NCBI GenBank assembly: GCA_046563655.1
Contig: CM102287.1
Coordinates: 6,634,001 to 6,698,000, forward strand
Direction of reading: 5' to 3'
Length of the DNA stretch: 64,000 nt
Origin: Yuukianura sp. NJ FZ-2021
Lineage: Eukaryota
Shown here: positions 37,110 to 49,082 of the stretch, piece by piece
Numbering within the stretch: position 1 is the stretch's first letter
How the letters are laid out: each line of letters starts with the position of its first letter
The notes under the pieces: model-generated
What the model was told of the DNA's origin: nothing
The model's input: only the letters and a program-made list of their open reading frames with translations
The model's database searches: none
Program-made: the position numbers and the translations under genes

Positions 37110-39014
37110 TTAATCACCGGAATATATTCGTAGTTTTGTTGGTTGAAGTATTTCTACTGCGTCTGCGTCTCTGTGGAATGACAGAAGCAATATTTTCGTT
37201 GTCAGAAGTTCAATTACGAAGAAAGATGAGGACAGGAGGAGTAGAGCCGTCCACAGAATAAACGTCGGAGTGATTCTCCAGTGGGACATGTTGAAAGCCA
37301 TCGGTTGTTCCAGCTCTGTTCTGGCATTGGCTACTTTACGACGGTTCCGCCAGAGGGAAACATGGTTCTCATAGTCGTACAACCACGGAGCAATTCCAGA
37401 GTCAATGAGGCGCAGAACATTGGAATGTAGGGCGTCCTTACCACCTTTGATAAAGAAGTGTTTGAATTTGAGCGCCCTCTTGTCATTCCTCAGTCGATTA
37501 CATTTGATCTCTGGATAGGAATCGAGAGCGTAGAAGGATTCCGGGTCCAGCACAATGTCATCATCCGTCGTCAGGATTGCAACTTGACATTGTGCCAGTA
37601 GTCGAGTTCTCTCCTCCTGCGAACTGTGTTCAAACGAGGTCAAACTGTTGTCCAGTTGACCTTGAGAAAGTCCTTCGCTTTCAAAACTGTCTAACATAAC
37701 TCTGTACACAGGGTCAGAGGGGTCAAGTGTAGGGACTCCCTGGATCTTGTATCTTTTGTCAACAACGAGTTCTCGGAAGGTAGTGATTCTAATGGGCGGA
37801 GAGGGAATAGTCACATCACTGGAGAGGTTGCATTCGTAGATGGCGCAGAGGAGCATGAGCAGAACTGAGCTGTAGATCCGAATACCTGATGTGGTCAACA
37901 ATTTTTCCCTGTAGACCCAGTTGCTGCATTGAATGTGACCTTTGGCACAAACATCCAGCATCACTCCAACAAACATTAACAGAATGATAGACGTTGGGTC
38001 GAGTGCAAACGGGCGAACCCAGAACCAGAGGTCAAGGTCCATAAGGTCAACGTGTGCGACACAGTAGACGAGACTCGTGAAAATGTCACCACGGTATAGA
38101 ATTTGAGCCATGGAGACCAAGGCTGTAGAATTCCATGTACTGGAGGCTAATGGGTCGTCAAGTGAAGCAAGGCCAATGACCTCTGGGTCAAGTGCTTTTT
38201 TGAAGGAAGAGTGATAGTGGAGCGTAGCATTCAGTTTCCTAGCAACCGTTTCCATGATGGACACCACAGCTATTGGCTTACAAGTTGCCGCTCCCCTAGA
38301 ACTCCGCATTCTCGCATGGTAAGAACAATCACGTGCTGTTCTATCCGTCAGTTCCGGATAGCGTCGAGCCACTACTTGCAGTATCCCGCCATACCAATCA
38401 GAATAATTCGGAAGTGTTTGGATACCTACGTGAGTCCAAAGTTCTTCTGAACGCAAACTACTGGACACTTCCGATTGGTTAACAGTAAACGACACAACTT
38501 GGCGTGACCTACAGAAGGCACATCGTTCATACACTGCTTGGAGTCCAGAAAATGTTGAATCCAGTTGAACAGCACGAAACGATCCACTGACAAACGGAAG
38601 TTGCGAAAAATCGGAGTCTGCGCAGTTGACATTCGAAGGAACGACAAAAGCAAAGGAAGAAGTTTCTTTGAAGGGAGATAGGACACTGATCGTTTGGAAA
38701 TCGAAACAAGACTTTGCTACAATCACATTGTGGCGACAAATGACACGATTCAGTTGAAACTTAACAAAGTCAGTTTGGTCAACGTCAGAAGCATTTGAGC
38801 GGCCAAAGATCAATGACCTGCTTAATACAATCTTGGCACCATGTAGATCCTGGCTAGCCAGCATTAGATGGTCAACTATGTTAGTCAATTCGTATTCAAG
38901 CGCAGCAGAATATGAAACGAGGATGTCGTAACTTTGGCAAGTGCGACTTTGTATACCCAAAATTTGGTAGAACAGACAAAGTATCAAACACAGGAAATAC
39001 TTTGGAGAATACAT
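37110..39014 (-). CDS. Intronless divergent ionotropic-receptor (IR)-like membrane protein, 634 aa
   Basis: Signal peptide, SLVYC...LDLWFWVRPF plus TM, LLCAIYECNLSSDVTIPSPPIRITTFREL, VLRLIDSGIAPW, and a C-terminal TM. Confidence 0.72.
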   Translation of the reverse strand: MYSPKYFLCLILCLFYQILGIQSRTCQSYDILVSYSAALEYELTNIVDHLMLASQDLHGAKIVLSRSLIFGRSNASDVDQTDFVKFQLNRVICRHNVIVAKSCFDFQTISVLSPFKETSSFAFVVPSNVNCADSDFSQLPFVSGSFRAVQLDSTFSGLQAVYERCAFCRSRQVVSFTVNQSEVSSSLRSEELWTHVGIQTLPNYSDWYGGILQVVARRYPELTDRTARDCSYHARMRSSRGAATCKPIAVVSIMETVARKLNATLHYHSSFKKALDPEVIGLASLDDPLASSTWNSTALVSMAQILYRGDIFTSLVYCVAHVDLMDLDLWFWVRPFALDPTSIILLMFVGVMLDVCAKGHIQCSNWVYREKLLTTSGIRIYSSVLLMLLCAIYECNLSSDVTIPSPPIRITTFRELVVDKRYKIQGVPTLDPSDPVYRVMLDSFESEGLSQGQLDNSLTSFEHSSQEERTRLLAQCQVAILTTDDDIVLDPESFYALDSYPEIKCNRLRNDKRALKFKHFFIKGGKDALHSNVLRLIDSGIAPWLYDYENHVSLWRNRRKVANARTELEQPMAFNMSHWRITPTFILWTALLLLSSSFFVIELLTTKILLLSFHRDADAVEILQPTKLRIYSGD

Positions 39015-39464
39015 TCAGGAAAAAGTTAACTTCACGCCAATAATCGTGAAGAGACCAAACTAAAAATCTGAAATTATGCAAAAAGTGCGTAGAGCATAGA
39101 TAGGACTTGAGCATGATAAAGACGCTTTTGTTTTTTGTCTAAAGTTGCGTGATTCAAAGCGTGCAACGAAAAGGCTCGTTTGTCTTGAGTTGTCAGTTGA
39201 AACGGGGTCAATTGGAAGAATTCATTAAACCAAAGGATGCCAACCACGTGCCAAGAGTTAGTCAAGAACTATCCAACTCTTCTAAGAATTTCCGAAATTA
39301 TAATACATATAATTCATCAAATTTTGTCAAATTCACAAGAATTTGAATTATATGATTAATATAAACTATATTTTATAGCATACTATGAAAATCAATTGTG
39401 AAAATAAGTCTAACCAGTAAAAAAGTAGAAAAATGGCTGAACTTCGACTACGGCAACCTTCTGT

Positions 39465-42400
39465 TTATGATTCTTCGGTTAGGTCAATCAGGTCATCTGT
39501 TCCGCCAACGACGTCTGTCCTGGCTAAAAAAAAAGTTTACTAAACAACTTGCTTGACTTTCTTTCGAAGTTTAGTGATCTAACCAATTTTGACTGGAGTT
39601 GTTGTGGTGTCCGTGGATTTCCTAATAGAGCTAAGTTTGTTCCTTGCAATCGATCCGTAGGGAATTCTGGAGTTCCAACCTGGCAGTGTGGACGTGGGGC
39701 AGCCGCTGATGTTGTCAGTAAACCTTGTTTGTCTCGTCCAATGTCCCTTGACCTCTGCTCCAGTTTCAAGGTCAACAGTTGCAAAATAAGTGTACTTGGA
39801 AGGAATTCCTAAAAGTAAACCTCACCATGAGTTGTCGCTTGAACTTAAGAATAAGCTATTGTGATCTTACCCTCTCGAGTTGCAATTTGCAGAATCTTTT
39901 CCTTGCTCTTGAGGAAATCAGTTCTTGACTTGCGAGAAGGACAGGAAAGCTTGGGTATCATTTCCTCCAGTTGCTTCAGTCCTTTGGCATAAGCTAACTT
40001 TGTCAAAATGTCCATCGCAACGGTGTGGTCCTCTCGAGCGTCAGTGAGCTATAATTTAAAGTTCTCCGCGTAAACATGTATAATATCAAAAAATCAAACT
40101 TTTATGAGTTTTACCTTGACGTTATAATCGAATTCCAAACTTTCCGATTCCGCGACGTAGGAAACTCCTTGAACATCTAAAGCTGTTGGGTAGAACTTGT
40201 GATTAAAGATTCCAAAAGTGACAAGTTGAGTTCCACTGAAAATGACGCTTGGAGAGTCTGGAACTTGGACCCACGGCATTTTGTGGTTTGGTCCAGCAGT
40301 TTCTTTGATGATTTCCAATTCGTCGTCACCAACTGGTGGAGATGAGCCTGATCGCTCTTGCCAATTCGTCCAACTTAATTTAATATCTGCAAAATCCAAG
40401 CGTTTACTTAACCACATCGTGCCTCGCCCCATACTAATCGTAAGAAAGCAAAACTGAAAAGATGATAACCAGTGAGAGATGGAGAATTAGCGAGTGTCAT
40501 GAGTTCACTCAGAGGCGACTGCCACGAAGAGTCTGTTGATGCAGACGCAGTAACAGGAATCTGAAGAGCTATTCCGCCTCCAGCAACCGCAAGTCCTTCG
40601 AGCTGAGAATATGGGACGCCGATTCCTACAACGAACAAACGAAATTTGTGTGATTTGTTGTGTCGTCTCACGAGAGATTCGCAGGCTTCCATTTCGTCAA
40701 CCTGAGTGATAACCAAGACAAACCATATACAAACCATACTTTATAATCCCCTTATGTATCTGGTGTTGTTTACAAAGTGATTACAAACCTTCAGAGATTT
40801 CTGAAGAACCAAAATGATTTGACAAATAGAGGGAGCAGAAACAACTTCGTCCATAGTGAAAACTTTCTCAAGAAACGTTGAGGTAGAAACACTCCCATCA
40901 TCTTCTTCATCTTCTACAAAACGTAAATACATGAGAACCTATTTAGCAAGTCAAGAACAACACTTACTTACCTAAGGAAATGAGTCTCGAAGCTTTCCGA
41001 ACACTCTCCCCGTTAGTACCGGCTTGAAATTCGGAGAACAGCGGTTTCTGAGACCATGGTCGAACAATATTGAAGGAAGTCTTGGAGCGTAGGGACCTCA
41101 GGAGAAACTTAAAAAAGGAATTTAGCGTTTCAGCGAATATTTAGCGTGGAGAACACGGTGCGTAGAAAAAGAAGTTACCTTTATCGTTCTGTGCATCGTG
41201 AGATTTTTATCTTCGTCGGGACCAGAATCCACAGCAAATAAGAATGACCGATTAGATGAAGGAACGGCCAAGATGGGACAAATTGTGGCCATAAGCACAG
41301 TTTCATCGTTTGTTTCCTGTGAAAGAAATAAGATGTGGGTTTAGGAGCTTTACCTAGTAGTAAAAGACATTTATTATTTATCGTAATGTAATGTTGAAAC
41401 ATACCTCAACGTATATCCGAGGAAGTAGTGGATCTGTGGGTGTAATAGACACCACAAAATCACGATCCATCTCCTCAGAGGTCCCTTCAAATACAATTTT
41501 TGCCATTGTCCAATTCTCTTTGTCACTCATTTGATCAATAACTGCAAGATGGGGAACATGGGAGTCACACTCCAACAAGCCAATGCTTGACTCCCCCTGG
41601 AAAATAAACTCAACATTGATTTTGACAACTCCAGCCCCAGCCACGACCTTGTCAACAACAGAAACCACTTCGGGTAGTTTCTTCTTGGCAGAGTCTTCAT
41701 CATCATCTGAAAGATCGATGCTAAAAAGCAAAGCATGAAAGTAGGTATTATAATTTGACTTGTATTCTGCGGAAAATCTGACTTTCAAACCTCACCATAT
41801 AATATCATCATCACCAAGTTCTTTTCCAATCACCTTCTCCTTCTGAGGCTCAGGTTCAGGAGGCTGTTCCGACGTATGTTGGTAGCGTGGAACTACGGTG
41901 TCCGGGATTTTAAGTTGAATCTTATCGACATTCAACTTGACTTCGGTGACGTACGCTATGGTCACTACAATGCTTTCCCCTGGCTTCAGCACTCCAACTC
42001 TTGTCTATTTCAAGGCAGAATCGCATTAATACAACAACGGATTTGGATTATGCATTTTTATATCGAACACGGTTTATCGTTTAAGAGTAGCAGGCACCTG
42101 ATAAACATCCGGGGGGTCACCTGGTCCAATTGCAAATCTTGTAGGATGGTACTTTACTGCTTCCTCATATGATTTCTCACTGTCCGTTAAGGGTTCCCCG
42201 ATCACAAGATTCTAGAATCCATTGAACATTAGACACTGAATTAATAAGTGATATTAGAAATAGATCCAGGTACAACTTGAATTTATAATTATGTGTGGAC
42301 TTACTTTTCTGATGCCAGAAACAAACTCAACTTCAAATCCCGTAACGAAATCATCCGTGTGGACGGGGAAATAGAATATAGTGTCCACTGCTTTCTGTTG

Positions 42401-42586
42401 TCGGTTGACGTACGTCTGGGTAACGATGACCTCGGCCGCAGCATGTACAACAGTTCCCCGGATTTCAACACACTCCAGTGATACCGGCAGAGGGTCATCC
42501 ACAGAATCAGTCTCTGTTTGCTGCGAAGGAAAGTAGACAAGACCACATCTAACATTTTCAAAATGTTCAAACCTATTTAAAAACAT
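39465..42586 (-). CDS. VWA5A: VIT plus von Willebrand factor A domain protein (VWA5A-like)
   Basis: VIT motifs VSLECVEIRGTVVHAAAEVIVTQTYVN...FYFPV...VTGFEV, VGVLKPGESIVVTIAYVTE, IPDTVVPRY, MDRDFVV. vWA region LLRSL...FNIV, RLFVVGIG, LEGLAVAGGG. Also QVPDSPSVIFSG and GIPSKYTYFATVD. Confidence 0.8.
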
Positions 42587-42779
42587 CTTGACAAGAGTGA
42601 TTTCACTAATCCACGAATCCGATTCTTGAAAACAGTAGTACTAACTAATGAACTTTAAAGTTATATGTGCTTTAACTGCAGTTATCGATTGTAATTAAAT
42701 TCAGTCTTCATTGCTTCCTCAGTTATTTCAGTCCATTTGTTTATGTTTAGTTTTTTTTGGGTTGGAGTAAGGAGCAGCG

Positions 42780-42970
42780 ATAGTCATTGTAGTCGCCAGG
42801 TAGCCACCCCCTGGCAATCTATTGCGGCTACAACGGGTGGCTACCCTGGAGTAGCTACATATCCAGCGGCACCTCCCGGACTTGACTTAACCGAAAGTGG
42901 CGGTAACATAAGGCTGCAGTAGTGTAGCCAAGCCACGCATTCTACCGCTACTACCCGCAAACTACACCGC
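42780..42970. repeat. GTAGYC/GGCTAC motif cluster with internal inverted repeat (copy 3)
   Basis: cattgtagtcgccaggtagccacc...ggtggctaccctggagtagctac and gtagtgtagcc. ggtagccacc and ggtggctacc are exact reverse complements. The segment is locally GC-rich. Confidence 0.5.
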
Positions 42971-43523
42971 GTGGATACGATGACCGTTCTTAAACTGTAG
43001 ACCAACCATTCGTTTTAGAGTTTGTTATGATCTAGACTTTTCGGAATAAGTTCCCGCAGTTTAGTCTCACCATGCAGTAGCAGTAGGAGTAGGTGTCTAA
43101 TCCACGGATAACAAAGTTTGTACCTTTTGATTATCGTATATAATTTTGAAACAAGCATATATTGTTCCCGACGCTGACGAGTAGATGATGATTTTTAAAG
43201 TAATCTTTACGGGAGGACTTTTGAAATCCTTGTCAAACATGTTTAGTGCATTGTCTCCAATATCGCAGCATCCTCTTGAAACTCTAGATTTATGCATTCC
43301 AAATTCCGCCCACTTAGCACATTGTGCTGAAATTGATTAGATTTTTCTAATGGACGTTTTTTGTGGTCCAGAGGTCAATGTGGTTAACCTTATCGAATCT
43401 CGACACTAACTTCTGCCTTAAGTGTTTTCCCACGTCAATGCAAAATAGAAGCATTAGACCACAGGTTCCTTTCTGTACTGTTTGATCAATTCAATTTAGC
43501 AAATCGATCTTATTGTTTAAACC

Positions 43524-44787
43524 ATGTCTGAGGAAATGTTTATTAAAACGCCGCTTCTCGAAAGTCCATTTCTTTCAAGTTGTGTTAATCCGTTAAAAGT
43601 TTTTCTAAAATTGGAAAACTGTCAACCCTGCAATTCGTTTAAGATTCGGGGGATCTCCCACTTGTGTCAAAAGGTTACTCTAACTAATGATAATTTTAGG
43701 TAAGTGATTCTTTTGAACTAAAGATATTTTTCGTAGTTGGTTGCAGATGGATACAAAGAGTTTGTTACTTTTTCTGGCGGAAACGCTGGAATAGCCTTAG
43801 CATATGTCGCTTCTCGCTTAAAACTTCCGTGCCACGTTGTTGTTCCGGCGTTTGTTTCAACAAGAGTTTCGGAGCGAATCAAATTCTTCGGTGGTCAGAT
43901 CCACGTAAGTCGTTTGCCAAAAGTTTTCTAAAAGTTATTTTCCCTCTTATTTTAAAGATGAAAATTTTTAGGTAGCGAAAACAGCCCGGGCTGCCCTCGA
44001 CCTTGCCATCAACATGGGCAAAGAGAATCTGGGCATGGCGTTTGTGCATCCTTATGACGATCCAATTTTATGGTAAACATTTCCGAAACTTTTTGTCGTT
44101 TTTTGAACTATAGTCTAGAATTCATTTGTACTGAAATAATTGCAAATTTGACATGACCTTGACAGGGAAGCATACGCAGACATTGTGACAGAAACGAAAG
44201 AACAATTGAATGGACAAAAGCCATCTTGTTTCGTATTGTCTGTTGGTGGCGGTGGACTTCTGATGGGGATTTTGACTGGACTGGAAGCAGTTGGCTGGAG
44301 TGACGTTCCAGTGGTCACAATGGAAACTGAAGGGGCCGCTTGTTTCAACAAAACGCTTAGGGCTGGAGAAATTGTGGAAAACGTGTTCACCAGTATTGCA
44401 AAGACGCTGGGAGCTCCATCCGTAACTCCCGCTTTGTTAGATGTCCTGCCAAAATTTAAAATCATCTCTGCCGTCCTGCCTGACGCTGAAGCAGTCACAG
44501 CGTGTTTGAAATTCGCAGGTTATTTAAACAAAAAATATAATTTTGGGACATTTTTAAGCACTTTTTTTTTGTGTACAGATCACCATGCTTTTCTGGTCGA
44601 GCCGGCATGTGGCGTATCATTGGCCGTTGTTTACGAGCAGCTTCTGCCTGACATCCTGCAGTCCAACGGTGTTCAAGTTGATGAGTCCGCTGGGCCTGTC
44701 GTAATGATCGTCTGCGGTGGATCTGACACCAACGTAGATATCCTCCGTGACTATGCCCTTCAAGTCGGCGTCTCCGACGAAGTGTAG
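43524..44787 (+). CDS. SDS: L-serine/threonine dehydratase (PLP-dependent, SDS/SDSL-like); 5 exons
   Basis: IKTPLLES...FLKLENCQPCNSFKIRG (PLP Lys), SGGNAG, VHPYDDPILW, LSVGGGGL, SIAKTLG, LVEPACG, IVCGG. Confidence 0.92.
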
Positions 44788-47329
44788 TTGAAGTGATCCA
44801 GTTAATTTTGAAAATTTTCAAGGAGATGTTTTTTTGAAAATTCTAAAAGGGAATGTTTTGTTTTAAAAATTAAATGGGCCGAGGAAGTTCGTTTCCTATC
44901 AGCTCCATCAAATGCCGCTCTCCTGCTCCTTCGCACTGTGTTTTTATAACGAAGGAGTGATTTGGAAGTAAGTGGTTAAATGGGTGCCATGTTCCTATTT
45001 ATCGAGCAGTCCAAACAAGCCTTCCCAATTGATCATTAAACACTTGCACCAATTCTGTTGTCAACATCAAGGGAGCCGCTGTACCACCCACGGAGGCCCT
45101 TAGCCTCATCCCCTGGCCCTTCAAGGGCTCGAAAAGTTTCGTGTAGATTAGAAATCGAGAAAAATCTAACCAGGAGCTGTATTTTTTACGAAGGGAAATC
45201 AGATATGGCTTCCTAGAATCCGTCAAAATGCTTTCTCTCGCCACTCGAGCCGAGATGAGGTTTAAAAAACTCATTTATCATTTTCAAACTTCCTTCAAAT
45301 ATGTCCCTGTCACCGATTTGACACGACACAGAACGCCAGTTTTTGAATTTCAAAAGACGAATAGTCGATAATAACTACTGATTTTTTTTTAGATTTGTCA
45401 GTGCTTTTCCATAATTGCAAAATTCACGAATTTGACGAAATTTCACCGCGAAGTCACTGAAACCTTATTTTTACAAAGACGACATTCTAAAATGATGCTT
45501 TCCTCCCTCCCAAACCAAATAAATGTTTTGATTGGCTTAGAGCTTTCACAGGTCACAATAATGGTTCCTTTTAAAGCTTAAACCATCAACATCAACAGCT
45601 TGAAAACGAGAATTGGGATCGAATTTGATCAGGCAAATGAACTTTTACATCTTTATGTCTCTAGTCCCCTTAATGTGCTTCCATCACTGGTTTTTCAAAA
45701 TTTTCAACAAGTCAGGCCATGCAGTGAATTTATAAAAAAAAAAACTTCGCCGCTAATAATGCTCTCGCAAGCAGTAGTGAAACGGAATAGTTTAAAAAAT
45801 ATTCTCATTAATACATTTTTGAACTTTGTTTTAATAACCGGAGCGTTTGCGTTAGCTGAATCTTTTTTACATGAATGAACTCCGATGGATCCCGTTGAAA
45901 GTCCTGAGATTGAAGGCGTTGGGAGTAATTATTGTCGAATTTAGTCTCTTCGGTATGCCACTACAATGGAATTCCTGTAGGATTCTGCGAGGTCTTCGGG
46001 GAGCATCAAGGTCTCTTTTGTGATGTTGATTCCATTTGAAGAATCTGAGCTTAGTGAAGATGTGAATTTAAAAATAGAAAGCGAGTGGATGGAATTTTGA
46101 TGAGTTTAATTTATATTGTGTTTTAGAAGAACGTTCTAATTCATCCATCCATCCACACGAGGAGCATTAGGCAAGAGGAACAACGAGACTAGGGTAGGCC
46201 ATTCCTCGTTTTAGGTTAGGTTCCTCCGAGCGTTCCATTAACTTTGTACAAAGTAAACTCAAACACTCCGAATTCTCAAATTCTAAATTATGCTCTCCCG
46301 GGAGTTAGTAAAACTGCTCAACGAAAAACCTTTGGTTCTCCAATGTTACCTTTTTTTTTTCTAAAATGCAATCTTTTTCTTATTTCACAACTGTGGGCCT
46401 CTCTAGACAAAAACCGAAAGAAAGCCTCTTCCGTAAAACGTTTTGAGATTTGGGTTCAAGGTTGTCGTTGTTCCAATATGGAGGAAAATTATTTTGAGCG
46501 TGTATAACTAAAAGTAGATAAGATTCATATTTAATATGTATAATGGCTACTCCCATTCCTGCACAAATGAGGTAAACGAGCAATTGAACTGAATATTTTT
46601 GAATTGCACCCAGCCTAATCCGCCGAAAAATTTTAAATGGCGCTGAACAACGACAAAACAGGTTAACAAAACAGGTAGATTTTTGTAACATTCTCACTGG
46701 AGCTTTGTAACTTCAGAATCGAACATGAAAATATGGGACGTTCTGCTTTTGTTAACACTGCGTCTGTTGTGTTTTCACTTTCACCGGTTTTCCTTTAGAA
46801 ATTTGTGGAATTTAAGGCTTGAGGATCATAAATTCCCTGCTCACAAATCCACTTTCAACAGGTTCCTCTTGTGTGGATTTAGAGCAAAACAAAGGTTCCT
46901 CTGTGTCCTGGGCCAAATCCTTTGAATATTTCTCAAGAAACTGGCGTGACGACTCCTGTGAATTCAGTTAACAAACATACTTCCGTCCAACTAATTGGCA
47001 CCACCTTCCCTCTCTCTTGGAGATTCTTCCCAATGGAATGCAACAAGAATGTGCAAATGGAACATCTCTTACCATCCTATTTTCTTAAAATTCCATGCAC
47101 GCTCGTTTTCCACGGTCTAACAATCACTTTTAAACAGGAGAAAGTTCTTTTGAAGTTTCTGGGTTTAGTGCAAAAAGCATTCAGAAGTGCAAAATTTTAT
47201 TAATTGACAGTGGAATACAATTTTTTTTTGACATTTTGGTAATTTCTGGTCTTTTGTCAATACTGTCATCATTATGGAGTTGAAATTGAGGTGTGGATGA
47301 TGTTTGTGGTGCTACTGGTTTTGTGTTTT

Positions 47330-49082
47330 TTAGAATTCTTGGATGTGGATTGATTGCCGCAGAACCATTACTTTGGCCTCATCAATTCCAATTGAGTTCA
47401 TCTTGACGTTAATGGCGTCTTCAAGTTCCAACTGATTGCGCAACAGGTTGCGCAAAACGTTCTTCGTTTGAAGAATTTTTGTGTTGATCTTTTCCATGGA
47501 CTCGTTCAGACGGTGAAGTTCCAAAACCAATCCGCGTTGAACAGCGTCCCTGGAATTTGTTTTACAAATGATGTATTCACGGTTTCAAATAAAAAAGTCA
47601 AATTTTTTTTAAATTTAAAATTTTTGAAATTGTGAGCTTACTTGACCAATTCCATGTTTGGACGCTTTCCACGAATGCAAATTCGTGTTTCAGCGAGCGC
47701 CACGGCGCTCTTTTTTTCTTCAAAAGCTTTCTCCAAAGAGCAGATTGCCCCTTCGATCTCTCTGATATTTACAGAAATCTGAAATTACAGATTTGAAATT
47801 AATTATTAAAAATCATTTTTTCGAATTTCTTTCTGCCAAATTCCAAATTTACATCCGAATGTTGAGCCTGCAATTTCTCCTTTACTTCGATCAGTTCCTT
47901 GATTCGTTTCTGAAAAGCACGATTTGTCATACAAATTTGCTTTTCAATGTCCTCGACTGCTTGTCGCAGCAGACTGTCAATCTGGGTGCGTAATTGGACC
48001 GAATCGTCCACAGCTTTTTGCGCAGCCATTCTGTTGCGCAGAGTCAGTTCTTCCCAGTCCAATTCATCAACATTGCTGTGACAGGATTCAAAAGAGACAA
48101 GAAGTGATGATTTCATTTGACCTGTCACTTGGAACTGGAATTTGATAAGTGAAACAAGTGTGAAAATTCTCACCTGATGTCCACAATGTCCACCATACAA
48201 AGTGGCTGAACTTCTGATCGATGGACATTGAGTGAATGTGCAAACCGATCAATCTCCAGTGCTCGGTCCTTGTCATGTAGCTCCTTGTCAAGATGAAAAG
48301 CAGTCTTGCGAAGAAGCCGAACTTGTTCCTTTGTACATTCGACTGTCGAAATCAGAACTTGCTGGATTCCTCCAACAATCCCCATTTCTTTGACCAAATT
48401 CTTCTGAGGTTCGTCCTCGACCAGATCAACCCCAACACGACACTCACTAGAGAAAGCAATCAAAAAATAATCATAATTTGAATGTTGTACTTAAATTGGA
48501 GGGGAAAATTCAATGTTAACTTACCGCAATCCGATAATTTTTTCATCAATTTCGAGAACGTGATTGAAAGATGCGACGGCATTCTCCAATCGTTTTCTGT
48601 AAATCAACTGAGCATCCACCTCGTTGTTGATTCCAGCAAACTTGAGGCTGAGCTCATTGCGCCAGTGTTGAACATCCGCCAATCGCTGCTTGAAGCGCCA
48701 ATCCACGTCGAGATGAGCTCGCCGAGCCATTTCCTCCGCTTCATCCTTGACGCGGACAGATTCTGCGTGAACATGTTCCGCAACCTGGCGTTCCGCCTCT
48801 GCAGCTTCAGTGGTCAGAACCGTGGCCTGCTTCCACTCCTCTGCGGTGAATAACGGCGGCTAAATTCAAACAATAACGCATTATGCACGTTCAAAATGTT
48901 ATCAATAGACCGTACAAACCACTTACATAGGCGCAATGTTTTGGAACTGGAATGTACCGGTCGACGTCGAACGGTTGAATCTAAATCATTTTCATAAAAA
49001 GTTTACATTCCAAAATTTATTTTAAAAAAACTGATTCCTAAACTTAAACGTGTATTGTACTTACGTTTTTGCAACACTGCAT
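47330..49082 (-). CDS. Tektin (tektin-1/Tektin-C-like), divergent; about 8 exons
   Basis: MQCCKN|IQPF...|PPLFTAEEW, KQRLADVQHWRNEL, RVGVDLVED, LHDKDRALEID, TNRAFQKRIKE, AETR...RPNMELVKD, LEDAINVKMNSIGIDE. Confidence 0.9.

Noticed and set aside
44999..46070. Short minus-strand ORFs between SDS and tektin
   Set aside because: No family motif and no consistent exon structure.
46725..46925. EDHKFPAHKS resembles a BTB-domain motif
   Set aside because: The flanking sequence lacks the rest of the BTB pattern and there is no supporting exon chain.
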